From contig JANPAT010000149.1 in the NCBI GenBank assembly GCA_031430075.1, forward strand, positions 1 to 33,463: 33,463 nt of DNA. The letters are read 5' to 3'. This DNA is from Chitinophagaceae bacterium. GTDB lineage: Bacteria; Bacteroidota; Bacteroidia; Chitinophagales; Chitinophagaceae. The stretch's first letter is position 1, and each line of letters starts with the position of its first letter. Shown one piece after another: positions 16,405 through 24,286 of the stretch. The position numbers and the translations under genes are program-made. The notes under the pieces were generated by a model, which ran no database searches, was not told the origin of the DNA, and was given only the letters and a program-made list of their open reading frames with translations.

Positions 16405-17721
16405 TTATGCTTTTGTCCATGCATCTCTTTCATCAGGACTAAATTTCCAAGGTGCAAAATTATTTTCAATATTACTGAACATGCTATTCCATTCTTGAGG
16501 AGCATTGCTTTCTTCCATAATTAAACTTCTTCTCAACTCAATAATTATTTCTAATGGTGAAATGCTTACAGGGCAAGCTTCTACACAAGCATTACATGTA
16601 GTGCAAGCTCTTAATTCTTCAACAGAAATATAATTGTGTAATAATGATTTATTATCAGGTACAAAACTCTTATTGATTTGAATATTTTTACTTACATCTT
16701 CTAATCTTTCTCTTGTCTTCATCATTATTTTTCTTGGACTCAAAATTTTGCCTGTAACATTTGCAGGACAAGCAGCAGTACATCTTCCACACTCTGTGCA
16801 ACTATAGGCTTCTAATAAATTTCTCCAACTTAAATCAAAAATATCTTTTGCACCAAAATTTGCAGGTGGTTCTGTATTACTTGGTGCAAACTCTGGTTGC
16901 ATAGCATACAAAACTTCTTTTTGAATGGTTGGCATATTATTCATTAATCCCTGAGGTTTTAAACGAGCAAAGTATGCATTAGGGAAGGCAAATAAAATAT
17001 GTAAGTGTTTACTATAAGGCAAGTAATTTAAAAATGCAAAAATGCCCATGATGTGTAGCCACCAACAAACTCTTTCAATGTTTTCTACAGCATGAGAACT
17101 ATAACTATTTAATAAAGGTTGTAAATAAGAAGAGATGACAAATGAACCAGTTTGCACTTTAGTATAATGTGCATAATTATTTTGTTGCAACAAAGTATCA
17201 CAAGCATTCATGGTAATAAACAAACTCATTAAAACTATTTCTGTTATTAAGATATAGTTTGCATCTGAACGAGGCCAACCATCTAAATCATTACTGATTA
17301 ATCTTTTTATTTTTAAAACATTTCTTCTAATTAAAAATATTACACAAGCCACTAGTACAAGAAATGCTAATATTTCAAAGGAGTTTATTAGAAAACTATA
17401 TAAACTAGCCGATACAACTGTTGTTAATACTCTATGTGAACCAGTAATTCCATCAATAACAATTTCAATCACTTCTATATTGATGATTACAAAACCCAAG
17501 TACACAACTAAATGCATCAGTGCAACTAAAGGATTTTTGAACATCTTCTTTTGCCCCAATGCTAAAAAAATTAAGTTTTTCCAACGTGCTGCTTTGTTAT
17601 CATTAATTTCTTCATCTTTTCCTAACAAGATATTTCTTCTTATCACTAAAATATTTTTTGTAAATAAGAAAGTCCCAATTATAAAAAGCAACAAAAACAA
17701 TAGTTGTGGTAGGTATTGCAT
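16405..17721 (-). CDS. Membrane-anchored (Fe-S)-binding oxidoreductase with two 4Fe-4S ferredoxin motifs
   Basis: The N-terminal roughly 250 aa is a polytopic membrane domain. The C-terminal part carries CTECGRCTAACP and CTTCNACVEACP (CxxCxxCxxxCP twice). Confidence 0.75.
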   Translation of the reverse strand: MQYLPQLLFLLLFIIGTFLFTKNILVIRRNILLGKDEEINDNKAARWKNLIFLALGQKKMFKNPLVALMHLVVYLGFVIINIEVIEIVIDGITGSHRVLTTVVSASLYSFLINSFEILAFLVLVACVIFLIRRNVLKIKRLISNDLDGWPRSDANYILITEIVLMSLFITMNACDTLLQQNNYAHYTKVQTGSFVISSYLQPLLNSYSSHAVENIERVCWWLHIMGIFAFLNYLPYSKHLHILFAFPNAYFARLKPQGLMNNMPTIQKEVLYAMQPEFAPSNTEPPANFGAKDIFDLSWRNLLEAYSCTECGRCTAACPANVTGKILSPRKIMMKTRERLEDVSKNIQINKSFVPDNKSLLHNYISVEELRACTTCNACVEACPVSISPLEIIIELRRSLIMEESNAPQEWNSMFSNIENNFAPWKFSPDERDAWTKA

Positions 17722-17741
17722 GAAAATTATTTTAAATAAAT

Positions 17742-17999
17742 TTATCCTTTCAATTGATTGATTAAATCAATATAAAGTTGAGATGCATTTTCTTTTGTTG
17801 TTCCTTTTAGTTGCTCCCAAGCATCGTGTTTTGCTTTTGCTACAAAATCAAAAGGATTAGACGGGGCTTCACTCTCATTGTCACCACTTGTTGCTTGTTT
17901 GTATAATGAATATAATTTTAGCAAAATTTCGTTGCTTGGTTTTTCTGCTAAGGTTTTGCTGTTGGTAACGGCAGTTTCAAATTGTTGTTGTAAATTCAT
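17742..17999 (-). CDS. Acyl-CoA-binding protein (ACBP)
   Basis: KLYSLYKQATSGD and KHDAWEQLKG are ACBP signatures. I place the start at the internal ATG at 17999 (MNLQQQFE), which gives the usual roughly 85 aa. The ORF track extends to 18035, where it would overlap the upstream gene by 11 nt. Confidence 0.8.
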   Translation of the reverse strand: MNLQQQFETAVTNSKTLAEKPSNEILLKLYSLYKQATSGDNESEAPSNPFDFVAKAKHDAWEQLKGTTKENASQLYIDLINQLKG

Positions 18000-18024
18000 T
18001 TTTTTTTCTGTTTTGTAAATGTAA

Positions 18025-18774
18025 TTATTGTTCACTTTCTAACATCTTTTTACCCTTTTCAATATAGGCTATATCATCAAAAGTTCTTTTTGGTAGTCGC
18101 ACCAATTGTTTTAGCACTTCTATTTTTTTTACTGCATTATTGTTTTCTTCATAAGCATCGGCAAGTGTTAAATAATTCAATACAAAATAGGGCTCTAATT
18201 TTTTGCATTTTTCTAAATATTTAATACATTCGTCAATTGATGGTTCAGGCAAACCACCATATAAAGTTTTAACAGCAAATTTTTTAAACCAATTTAAAGT
18301 TAGCATTTCATAATGCCATTTTCCCACAATAAAATTTGCTAAACCATGATTGGGGTTAATGGCAAGTGCTTTATCTGCATATACTTTAATATCGTTAACT
18401 AAGGCAACCTTTTTTTTATTTTCATCTTCTACTTCAGTTAATTTACCACTTACTAATGCTATTAAATAGTAAGAATTAGCGTTGTTACTATCAACCTGCA
18501 TGGCTCTAATTGCAAAGGCTAAAGCCGATTCATAAAAAATTCTCTTATCGGTATTATTTTTTTTTCTTGCTCCAATATTGCAACTTAATTCAGCGGATTT
18601 TTGTAATGATAAATAATGATTGGATTCATTAGCAAGAATTTGCTTGTACACATTTAAAGCTTCAGGCTCTTTAAATTCTATTTCAAAATTTTTAGCTTCT
18701 TTTAATAATAGTGCTGTTTCTTGTGCAAACGAAACAGTTGAAAATAACAGTAATAAATTGAAAAAATATTTCAT
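18025..18774 (-). CDS. Exported tetratricopeptide-repeat-like protein
   Basis: Signal peptide MKYFFNLLLLFSTVSFAQ. The body is helical-repeat rich in A/Y/L/N (ALNVYKQIL, NSYYLIALV, ADAYEENNN). No precise family was recognised. Confidence 0.55.
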   Translation of the reverse strand: MKYFFNLLLLFSTVSFAQETALLLKEAKNFEIEFKEPEALNVYKQILANESNHYLSLQKSAELSCNIGARKKNNTDKRIFYESALAFAIRAMQVDSNNANSYYLIALVSGKLTEVEDENKKKVALVNDIKVYADKALAINPNHGLANFIVGKWHYEMLTLNWFKKFAVKTLYGGLPEPSIDECIKYLEKCKKLEPYFVLNYLTLADAYEENNNAVKKIEVLKQLVRLPKRTFDDIAYIEKGKKMLESEQ

Positions 18775-18777
18775 TCT

Positions 18778-19134
18778 TTAATTTCTTTTGGTTTGATAAC
18801 TTACAGTAACTGCTCCAATGAATTGATGTATTGGAGGATTTTTTTTAGTGATACTGATATCTATACTTTGAACTTGATTAAATTGCTTTAAAATATCATT
18901 AGCTATTTGCGTTAATACATTTTCAAGCAAATCAGTTGGCTGATTCATGTGATAAGATACAATTTCAAAGAGATTTTCGTAATTTACTGTTTCACTAATT
19001 TCTATACTTTCTTTATTAATAGCATTTAAATTTACTGAAAGGTTTATAATAAATTTTCCACCAAGATTTTTTTCTTCTGAGTATAATCCATGAAAAGCTT
19101 TAAAAACCAAATTTTCTAATTGAATTGAGAACAT
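18778..19134 (-). CDS. folB: Dihydroneopterin aldolase
   Basis: 118 aa. The N-terminal segment FKAFHGLYSEEKNLGGKF is typical of FolB, and VNYENLFEIV fits the family. Confidence 0.8.
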   Translation of the reverse strand: MFSIQLENLVFKAFHGLYSEEKNLGGKFIINLSVNLNAINKESIEISETVNYENLFEIVSYHMNQPTDLLENVLTQIANDILKQFNQVQSIDISITKKNPPIHQFIGAVTVSYQTKRN

Positions 19135-19249
19135 AAGCGAAGATAAGTTAAGGCTGTTGCTGAATTTTTGAAAACAGAAAATATTTTATAATTTTTAAGA
19201 TAGATAAATAAGTTTTGGTAAAACTATTTTTTAAGTCAATTTTACCAAT

Positions 19250-20062
19250 ATGAATCAGCCACAACTTATTCAAGAAATATTCGATAAAAAAAGTTTTTTA
19301 TGTGTTGGTTTAGATACAGAGTTGGAAAAAATTCCAAAGTATCTTCAAACTAATAAAAATGCAGTGCTAGATTTTAATAAATCTATCATTGATGCAACCA
19401 AAAACTACTGTGTAAGTTATAAAATTAACACAGCTTTTTATGAAGCATTAGGAGTGAAAGGTTGGGAAATTATGGAAGAAACTTTGCATTATATTCCTTC
19501 AACTCATTTTAAAATTGCAGATGCTAAAAGAGGCGATATTGGTAATACTTCTGCTCAGTATGCCAAAGCATTTTTTGAAACCTTACCTTTTGATGCTATA
19601 ACAGTTGCACCTTATATGGGTGAGGACAGTCTTCGTCCTTTTTTAGAATATGAAAGCAAAACCACCATTGTATTAGGATTAACTAGTAATAAAGGTGCAC
19701 AGGATTTTGAATTACTTAAAACTGGTGAAGAATATCTTTTTGAAAAAGTAATTTCAACCATTGCAAAATGGGGTACAACAAATAATGTAATGTTTGTTGT
19801 TGGTGCAACACAAGCTGAACAATTGATACAAATTCGAAAAATTATTCCAGATCATTTTTTACTAGTGCCTGGTGTTGGTTTTCAGGGAGGAAGTTTGCAT
19901 GATGTGGCAAAATATGGTATGAATAAAAATGTTGGTTTATTGGTAAATGCAAGTAGGGCAATTATTTATGCAGGTAAAGAAGAAGAGTACACTTCAGAAT
20001 CAGCAACAATAGCTCATCAATATCAGGTTGAAATGGAAGAATTGATGCAAAAATATTTATGA
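19250..20062 (+). CDS. pyrF: Orotidine-5'-phosphate decarboxylase (type 2, about 270 aa)
   Basis: LCVGLD, the catalytic ADAKRGDIGNT, and VPGVGFQGG are present. Confidence 0.9.
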   Translation: MNQPQLIQEIFDKKSFLCVGLDTELEKIPKYLQTNKNAVLDFNKSIIDATKNYCVSYKINTAFYEALGVKGWEIMEETLHYIPSTHFKIADAKRGDIGNTSAQYAKAFFETLPFDAITVAPYMGEDSLRPFLEYESKTTIVLGLTSNKGAQDFELLKTGEEYLFEKVISTIAKWGTTNNVMFVVGATQAEQLIQIRKIIPDHFLLVPGVGFQGGSLHDVAKYGMNKNVGLLVNASRAIIYAGKEEEYTSESATIAHQYQVEMEELMQKYL

Positions 20063-20128
20063 ACTGATAAATTTTGAGATAAAAATGGTTTGTTTAAAAA
20101 ATAAATTTAAATTTAAACCCTAAACTAA

Positions 20129-20539
20129 TTGAACATGGTAAAATTTAATGACATTAAAATTGGCGATTTCTTAAGAGCAGAATATGAAGGAAAATTTTGG
20201 GATGGAGAAGTTGTTTCACTAAATGGAGATGAAAAACAAATTTGTGTAAAAACCGAAATACAAGAGTTTTGGTTTGAAACAGATAAGCTACAAGGTATTC
20301 CTTTAACTGACGCTGCTTTGTTAAATATGAATTTTACTAAGCAAATGAATGAAGATGGTTCAGTTAAATATTCCAAAGGTCCTTTTAGATTAGTTACACC
20401 CGAAAAAGGAAATTTTTCACATTTTGATATGTGGTATAGAGAAGATAGAAGGCATAATCCAGATGTTCATTTTGTACATCAATTGCAAAATCATTATTTG
20501 GATATGACTAAAGTTCATCTTACTGCTGACCCTGTTTAA
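20129..20539 (+). CDS. Hypothetical protein
   Basis: 136-aa ORF with coding-like composition in a 66-nt/20-nt spaced gene string. The N-terminal KIGDFLRAEYEGKFWDGEVVSL resembles an SH3/Tudor-like barrel. No family was recognised. Confidence 0.5.
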   Translation: MNMVKFNDIKIGDFLRAEYEGKFWDGEVVSLNGDEKQICVKTEIQEFWFETDKLQGIPLTDAALLNMNFTKQMNEDGSVKYSKGPFRLVTPEKGNFSHFDMWYREDRRHNPDVHFVHQLQNHYLDMTKVHLTADPV

Positions 20540-20559
20540 CATAAACATTAATTTATTGA

Positions 20560-21372
20560 ATGCAGTTATTCTTACATCTTCATCAAAATAAAATTTCTTA
20601 TTATAATGAGGGTAAGGGGAAAATTATTGTTTTACTGCATGGCTTTGGAGAAGATAAAAATATTTGGCAAAATCAAATCAATCTATTAAAAACAAAGTAC
20701 CAAATCATTGTTCCTGATTTGCCAGGTTCAGGAAATTCAAGTTTACTTGAAGGCAATAATATATCAATTGATGATTATGCAAATTGGCTATTTGAATTTA
20801 TTAATCATGTAGTTCCTCCTCAACAAAAAATTATTTTATTGGGTCATAGTATGGGTGGTTACATTACTTTAGCTTATGCTAAAAAATATTCTAAAACCCT
20901 TACTGCATTTGGATTAATTCATTCTACTGCATTTGCAGACAGTGAAGAAAAGAAAGAGGTTCGTAAACGAGGTATTGAATCAATCAATGAATATGGAGCT
21001 TTTGCCTTTTTAAAAAACACCATTCCTAATCTATTTTCAAAACAATTTAAAGTTACTCAAAATGAAAAAGTTGAGGCTTTAATTGATAAAGGAAAAGAGT
21101 TTACAGCAATTGCAATACAACAATATTCTAAAGCAATGATGAATAGAAAAGAAGCAACTGAAATTTTAATTACAACCAGCTTGCCTGTTTTATTTGTTAT
21201 GGGTACTGAAGATATTGCAGCACCATTGCAAGATGTGTTACAACAATGTCATTTACCTAAAAAATCTTATGTACATATTGTAGAACATGTAGCACACATG
21301 AGCATGTTAGAAGCACCTGAAAAACTGAATAATATTATAAACTTTTTTGTTGAAGATATTAATTGTCTTTAG
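20560..21372 (+). CDS. Alpha/beta-fold hydrolase
   Basis: The segment VLLHGFGED carries the HGFG oxyanion motif (HG dipeptide). The nucleophile elbow is GHSMGG and the C-terminal His lies in VAHMSMLE. Confidence 0.85.
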   Translation: MQLFLHLHQNKISYYNEGKGKIIVLLHGFGEDKNIWQNQINLLKTKYQIIVPDLPGSGNSSLLEGNNISIDDYANWLFEFINHVVPPQQKIILLGHSMGGYITLAYAKKYSKTLTAFGLIHSTAFADSEEKKEVRKRGIESINEYGAFAFLKNTIPNLFSKQFKVTQNEKVEALIDKGKEFTAIAIQQYSKAMMNRKEATEILITTSLPVLFVMGTEDIAAPLQDVLQQCHLPKKSYVHIVEHVAHMSMLEAPEKLNNIINFFVEDINCL

Positions 21373-21727
21373 TTTCTACATCTCCATATTTATTAATCAA
21401 TCTTTCTAAAAAGCTTGAGGTAAATGAAACGATAATACTAAATAATAAAGCACTTCCCCAACCATTTACTTTAAATCCCTCTACCAATTCAGAAGCCCAG
21501 TAAACAATTAAAATATTTATTACTAAAAGAAATAAGCCTAAAGTAAAAATGGTAATTGGAATTGTAAAAACAATTAAAATTGGCTTTACAAAACTGTTTA
21601 GCAAACCTAATACTACTGCTACCATCATAGCTGTTAGTGTACTATCAACAGATACTCCTTTTAAAATGTACGATGCTAATAAAACTGCTACAGCAGTTAG
21701 TATAGCTTTTGTAAAAAATTTTATCAT
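21359..21727 (-). CDS. Phage-holin-family-4 (PF04020 / YvlD-like) small membrane protein
   Basis: 122 aa with four hydrophobic helices. LGLLNSFVKPIL and the surrounding pattern are typical of this family. There is no phage context. Confidence 0.7.
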   Translation of the reverse strand: MIKFFTKAILTAVAVLLASYILKGVSVDSTLTAMMVAVVLGLLNSFVKPILIVFTIPITIFTLGLFLLVINILIVYWASELVEGFKVNGWGSALLFSIIVSFTSSFLERLINKYGDVETKDN

Positions 21728-21736
21728 AATGCAATT

Positions 21737-23017
21737 TTAAATAACAACAAGTTCATAAAACTCATTTGGGGTTAAATATTTTTTTGAAAGTTCATTTAAT
21801 TCTTCAACAGAAATCGTTTTAATTGTTTGAATGGCATTCTTAAAATAATCTTCAGTAAGATTATTGAGAATGTATGATTTCCAACGATTGATAATTTGAA
21901 AAGGGCCATCTAAATCACCTAAAATTGAGCCTATCATATAATTACGAACCAAATCTAATTCTTCCTGATCAATTAATTCATCTTGTATAATTTTCATTTC
22001 CTTATACACTTCTTCAATGGTTGCTGCATACACATCACGACCACATTCTGTACTAATCATCCAAGCACTATGGTGAATATAATTTTGAAGATAGGAATGT
22101 ATGCCATAAGTGTATCCTTTATCTTCTCTAATATTACTCATTAATCTTGAGCCGAAAAATCCTCCATAAATAGTATTTAAAACCAAAGTTTTTTGAAAGT
22201 CAGGATGATGTTTATTTGGAAAAGGTCGTGCAATTCTAATAGCAGCTTGAACTCCATTAGTATCATTAATAATAGTTACCTTTTTATCTGTAGCTGGTTG
22301 TAATGCAATTGAATTAAATGCAATAGTATTTTTACCAAAAGGTAAATGACCAAATGCTTTGTTTAAAATGGCCACATAATCTTTAGGTAATTTGCCAGCA
22401 ATAAATATTTTACAATTACCATTTTGATAATATTGTTGATAGAATTTGTTTAAACTTTCAGTATCCACTGCATCATAATCTAATGTTGAAGTATATCGTC
22501 CATAAGGATGATGAAAACCATATAATGATTCATCAATTAATCTGTTAGCAACAAAATCGCATTTTTTTAAGTTAACTTCTAATCGTTGTTTTTGATTTTG
22601 CTTGTAAATGTCTAACTCAGATTCAGGAAAAATACTTTCCTCTAAGAGCTCAGTAATAACAGGCGTTAGATGATGTAAGTGTTTGCTTAAAGTATGTAAA
22701 CTTATTGTGGCTGTTTCATTATAACAACTTCTGTTTAAGAAAGCACCATAATAATCGAAGTGTTCATTTATTTCGAAAGCGGTTTTATTTTTTGTGCCAT
22801 TTTTTATTAAAAAATTGGTTGATGCTGCAATAATATTTTTATCCTCGTACCAATTTCCAGCATCAAAAACTAATTCTACATGCATTACTTCTTGCTCTCC
22901 TGCTTCTATTGAATATACAGGTGTTCCATTATCTAATGTAGAAAAAGTATATGGCTTTAAATCTAAAGAATATTCAAGAGGGCTTTTTATATGTGGATGA
23001 GCTGTTCTGTTGAGCAT
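21737..23017 (-). CDS. M16-family peptidase, non-catalytic partner subunit
   Basis: Insulinase-like fold pattern (FFGSRLMSNIREDKGYTYG) but no HxxEH zinc motif. It sits 4 nt downstream of the catalytic M16 gene. Confidence 0.8.
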   Translation of the reverse strand: MLNRTAHPHIKSPLEYSLDLKPYTFSTLDNGTPVYSIEAGEQEVMHVELVFDAGNWYEDKNIIAASTNFLIKNGTKNKTAFEINEHFDYYGAFLNRSCYNETATISLHTLSKHLHHLTPVITELLEESIFPESELDIYKQNQKQRLEVNLKKCDFVANRLIDESLYGFHHPYGRYTSTLDYDAVDTESLNKFYQQYYQNGNCKIFIAGKLPKDYVAILNKAFGHLPFGKNTIAFNSIALQPATDKKVTIINDTNGVQAAIRIARPFPNKHHPDFQKTLVLNTIYGGFFGSRLMSNIREDKGYTYGIHSYLQNYIHHSAWMISTECGRDVYAATIEEVYKEMKIIQDELIDQEELDLVRNYMIGSILGDLDGPFQIINRWKSYILNNLTEDYFKNAIQTIKTISVEELNELSKKYLTPNEFYELVVI

Positions 23018-23021
23018 GTGC

Positions 23022-24260
23022 TTAGTTGTTACTATAATATCTTAATGTATTACTATTGGTATGATTAAAAATTTGATTGCTATAATTTAAAATATCTTCA
23101 GAAGTAATGAGTTGATATTTTTCTAATTCATTTTTCATTAATTCAGCATCGCCTAAAAATTCGTAAAATGCTAAACTATTTGCTCTACTCATTAATGCCA
23201 TATCTTCAAATGCAATTACACTTTCTGTTTTATTTTTTACTTTTTCTAGTTCGTTTTCACCAACCAAGTTTTCTCTCATCAAATTCAATTCCTCTTCAAT
23301 AGCATCTTCTGCTTCTTGAAATGTTTTGCCTTTAACTAATTTACCTTCAATAGCTATTAAACCCTTTTCAACACTACCAAAATGAAAACAATCGAGGTTA
23401 GAAAATATTTGTTTTTCTTTTACTAATTTTTGAAATAAACGAGATGAACCACTACCACCTAAAATATCAGTAATTAAATCTGCAACATAATATCCTTTTT
23501 CTAAACGAGAATCAATATGCCAAGCTTTAATAAATGCATCAAAAGGCACATCGGCTTTAACTTCTAAAACTTTTGCTGCTAATTGTTTGGGTTCTATTGG
23601 TAAATTTCTTTGATATTTTTCACCAGATGGAATATTGCCAAACCATTTTTCTACAAGTTCAAGTGCATAGTTGGTATCAATGTTGCCAGCAACTACAACA
23701 ATGGCATTAATTGGACTATAATGTTTTTTGAAGAATAATTGTACGTCTTGTAATGTTGCATTTTCAACATGACTCAATTCTTTACCTATGGTCATCCATT
23801 TATATGGATGAGTGGTGTAAGTAAGGTCACGCATTTTTGCCCAAATATCACCATAAGGTTTGTTGATATAGTGCTCTTTAAATTCTTCACAAACTACTTT
23901 ACGTTGAACATCTAAACTTTTTTCACTGAAGGCTAAACTTAACATTCTATCACTTTCGAGCCATAAAGCTGTTTCAATATTTTCTGCAGGAAGCTGACAA
24001 TAATAATTAGTTAAATCGTTAGTGGTGTAAGCATTATTTTCTCCACCAGCAATTTGTAAAGGAGTATCATATTCAGGAATATTGATACTGCCACCAAACA
24101 TTAAATGCTCAAATAAATGAGCAAAGCCAGTCTTGTTAGGGTCTTCATCTCTTGCACCAACATCATACATCACATTTACAACAGCCATTGGTGTGCTTCT
24201 ATCTTCATGGATTAACACCCTTAATCCATTCGATAAAATAATTTTTTTATAAGGAATCAT
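23022..24260 (-). CDS. M16-family zinc peptidase (pitrilysin/insulinase-like)
   Basis: The inverted zinc motif HLFEHLMF (HxxEH) is present together with the downstream ENNAYT region. Confidence 0.85.
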   Translation of the reverse strand: MIPYKKIILSNGLRVLIHEDRSTPMAVVNVMYDVGARDEDPNKTGFAHLFEHLMFGGSINIPEYDTPLQIAGGENNAYTTNDLTNYYCQLPAENIETALWLESDRMLSLAFSEKSLDVQRKVVCEEFKEHYINKPYGDIWAKMRDLTYTTHPYKWMTIGKELSHVENATLQDVQLFFKKHYSPINAIVVVAGNIDTNYALELVEKWFGNIPSGEKYQRNLPIEPKQLAAKVLEVKADVPFDAFIKAWHIDSRLEKGYYVADLITDILGGSGSSRLFQKLVKEKQIFSNLDCFHFGSVEKGLIAIEGKLVKGKTFQEAEDAIEEELNLMRENLVGENELEKVKNKTESVIAFEDMALMSRANSLAFYEFLGDAELMKNELEKYQLITSEDILNYSNQIFNHTNSNTLRYYSNN

Positions 24261-24286
24261 TTTTTTAAAATTATTGCAATATTAGG

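Noticed and set aside
17480-17761. 93-aa plus-strand ORF across the Fe-S protein start and ACBP end
   Set aside because: It is antisense to two supported genes, and its K/I/F-rich low-complexity translation is typical of AT-rich shadow frames.
20125-20376. 83-aa minus-strand ORF opposite the 136-aa hypothetical
   Set aside because: The plus-strand frame is longer and fits the co-directional gene string. Neither frame has a recognised family, so this rejection is less certain than the others.
21359-21727. Phage holin family protein, considered as evidence of a prophage or lysis cassette
   Set aside because: No endolysin, capsid, tail, integrase or other phage gene is nearby. This small membrane-protein family is widespread in non-phage contexts.
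21549-21740. 63-aa plus-strand ORF inside the holin-family gene
   Set aside because: It is an antisense shadow of a membrane-protein gene.
22794-23000. 68-aa plus-strand ORF inside the M16 partner gene
   Set aside because: Antisense shadow ORF.
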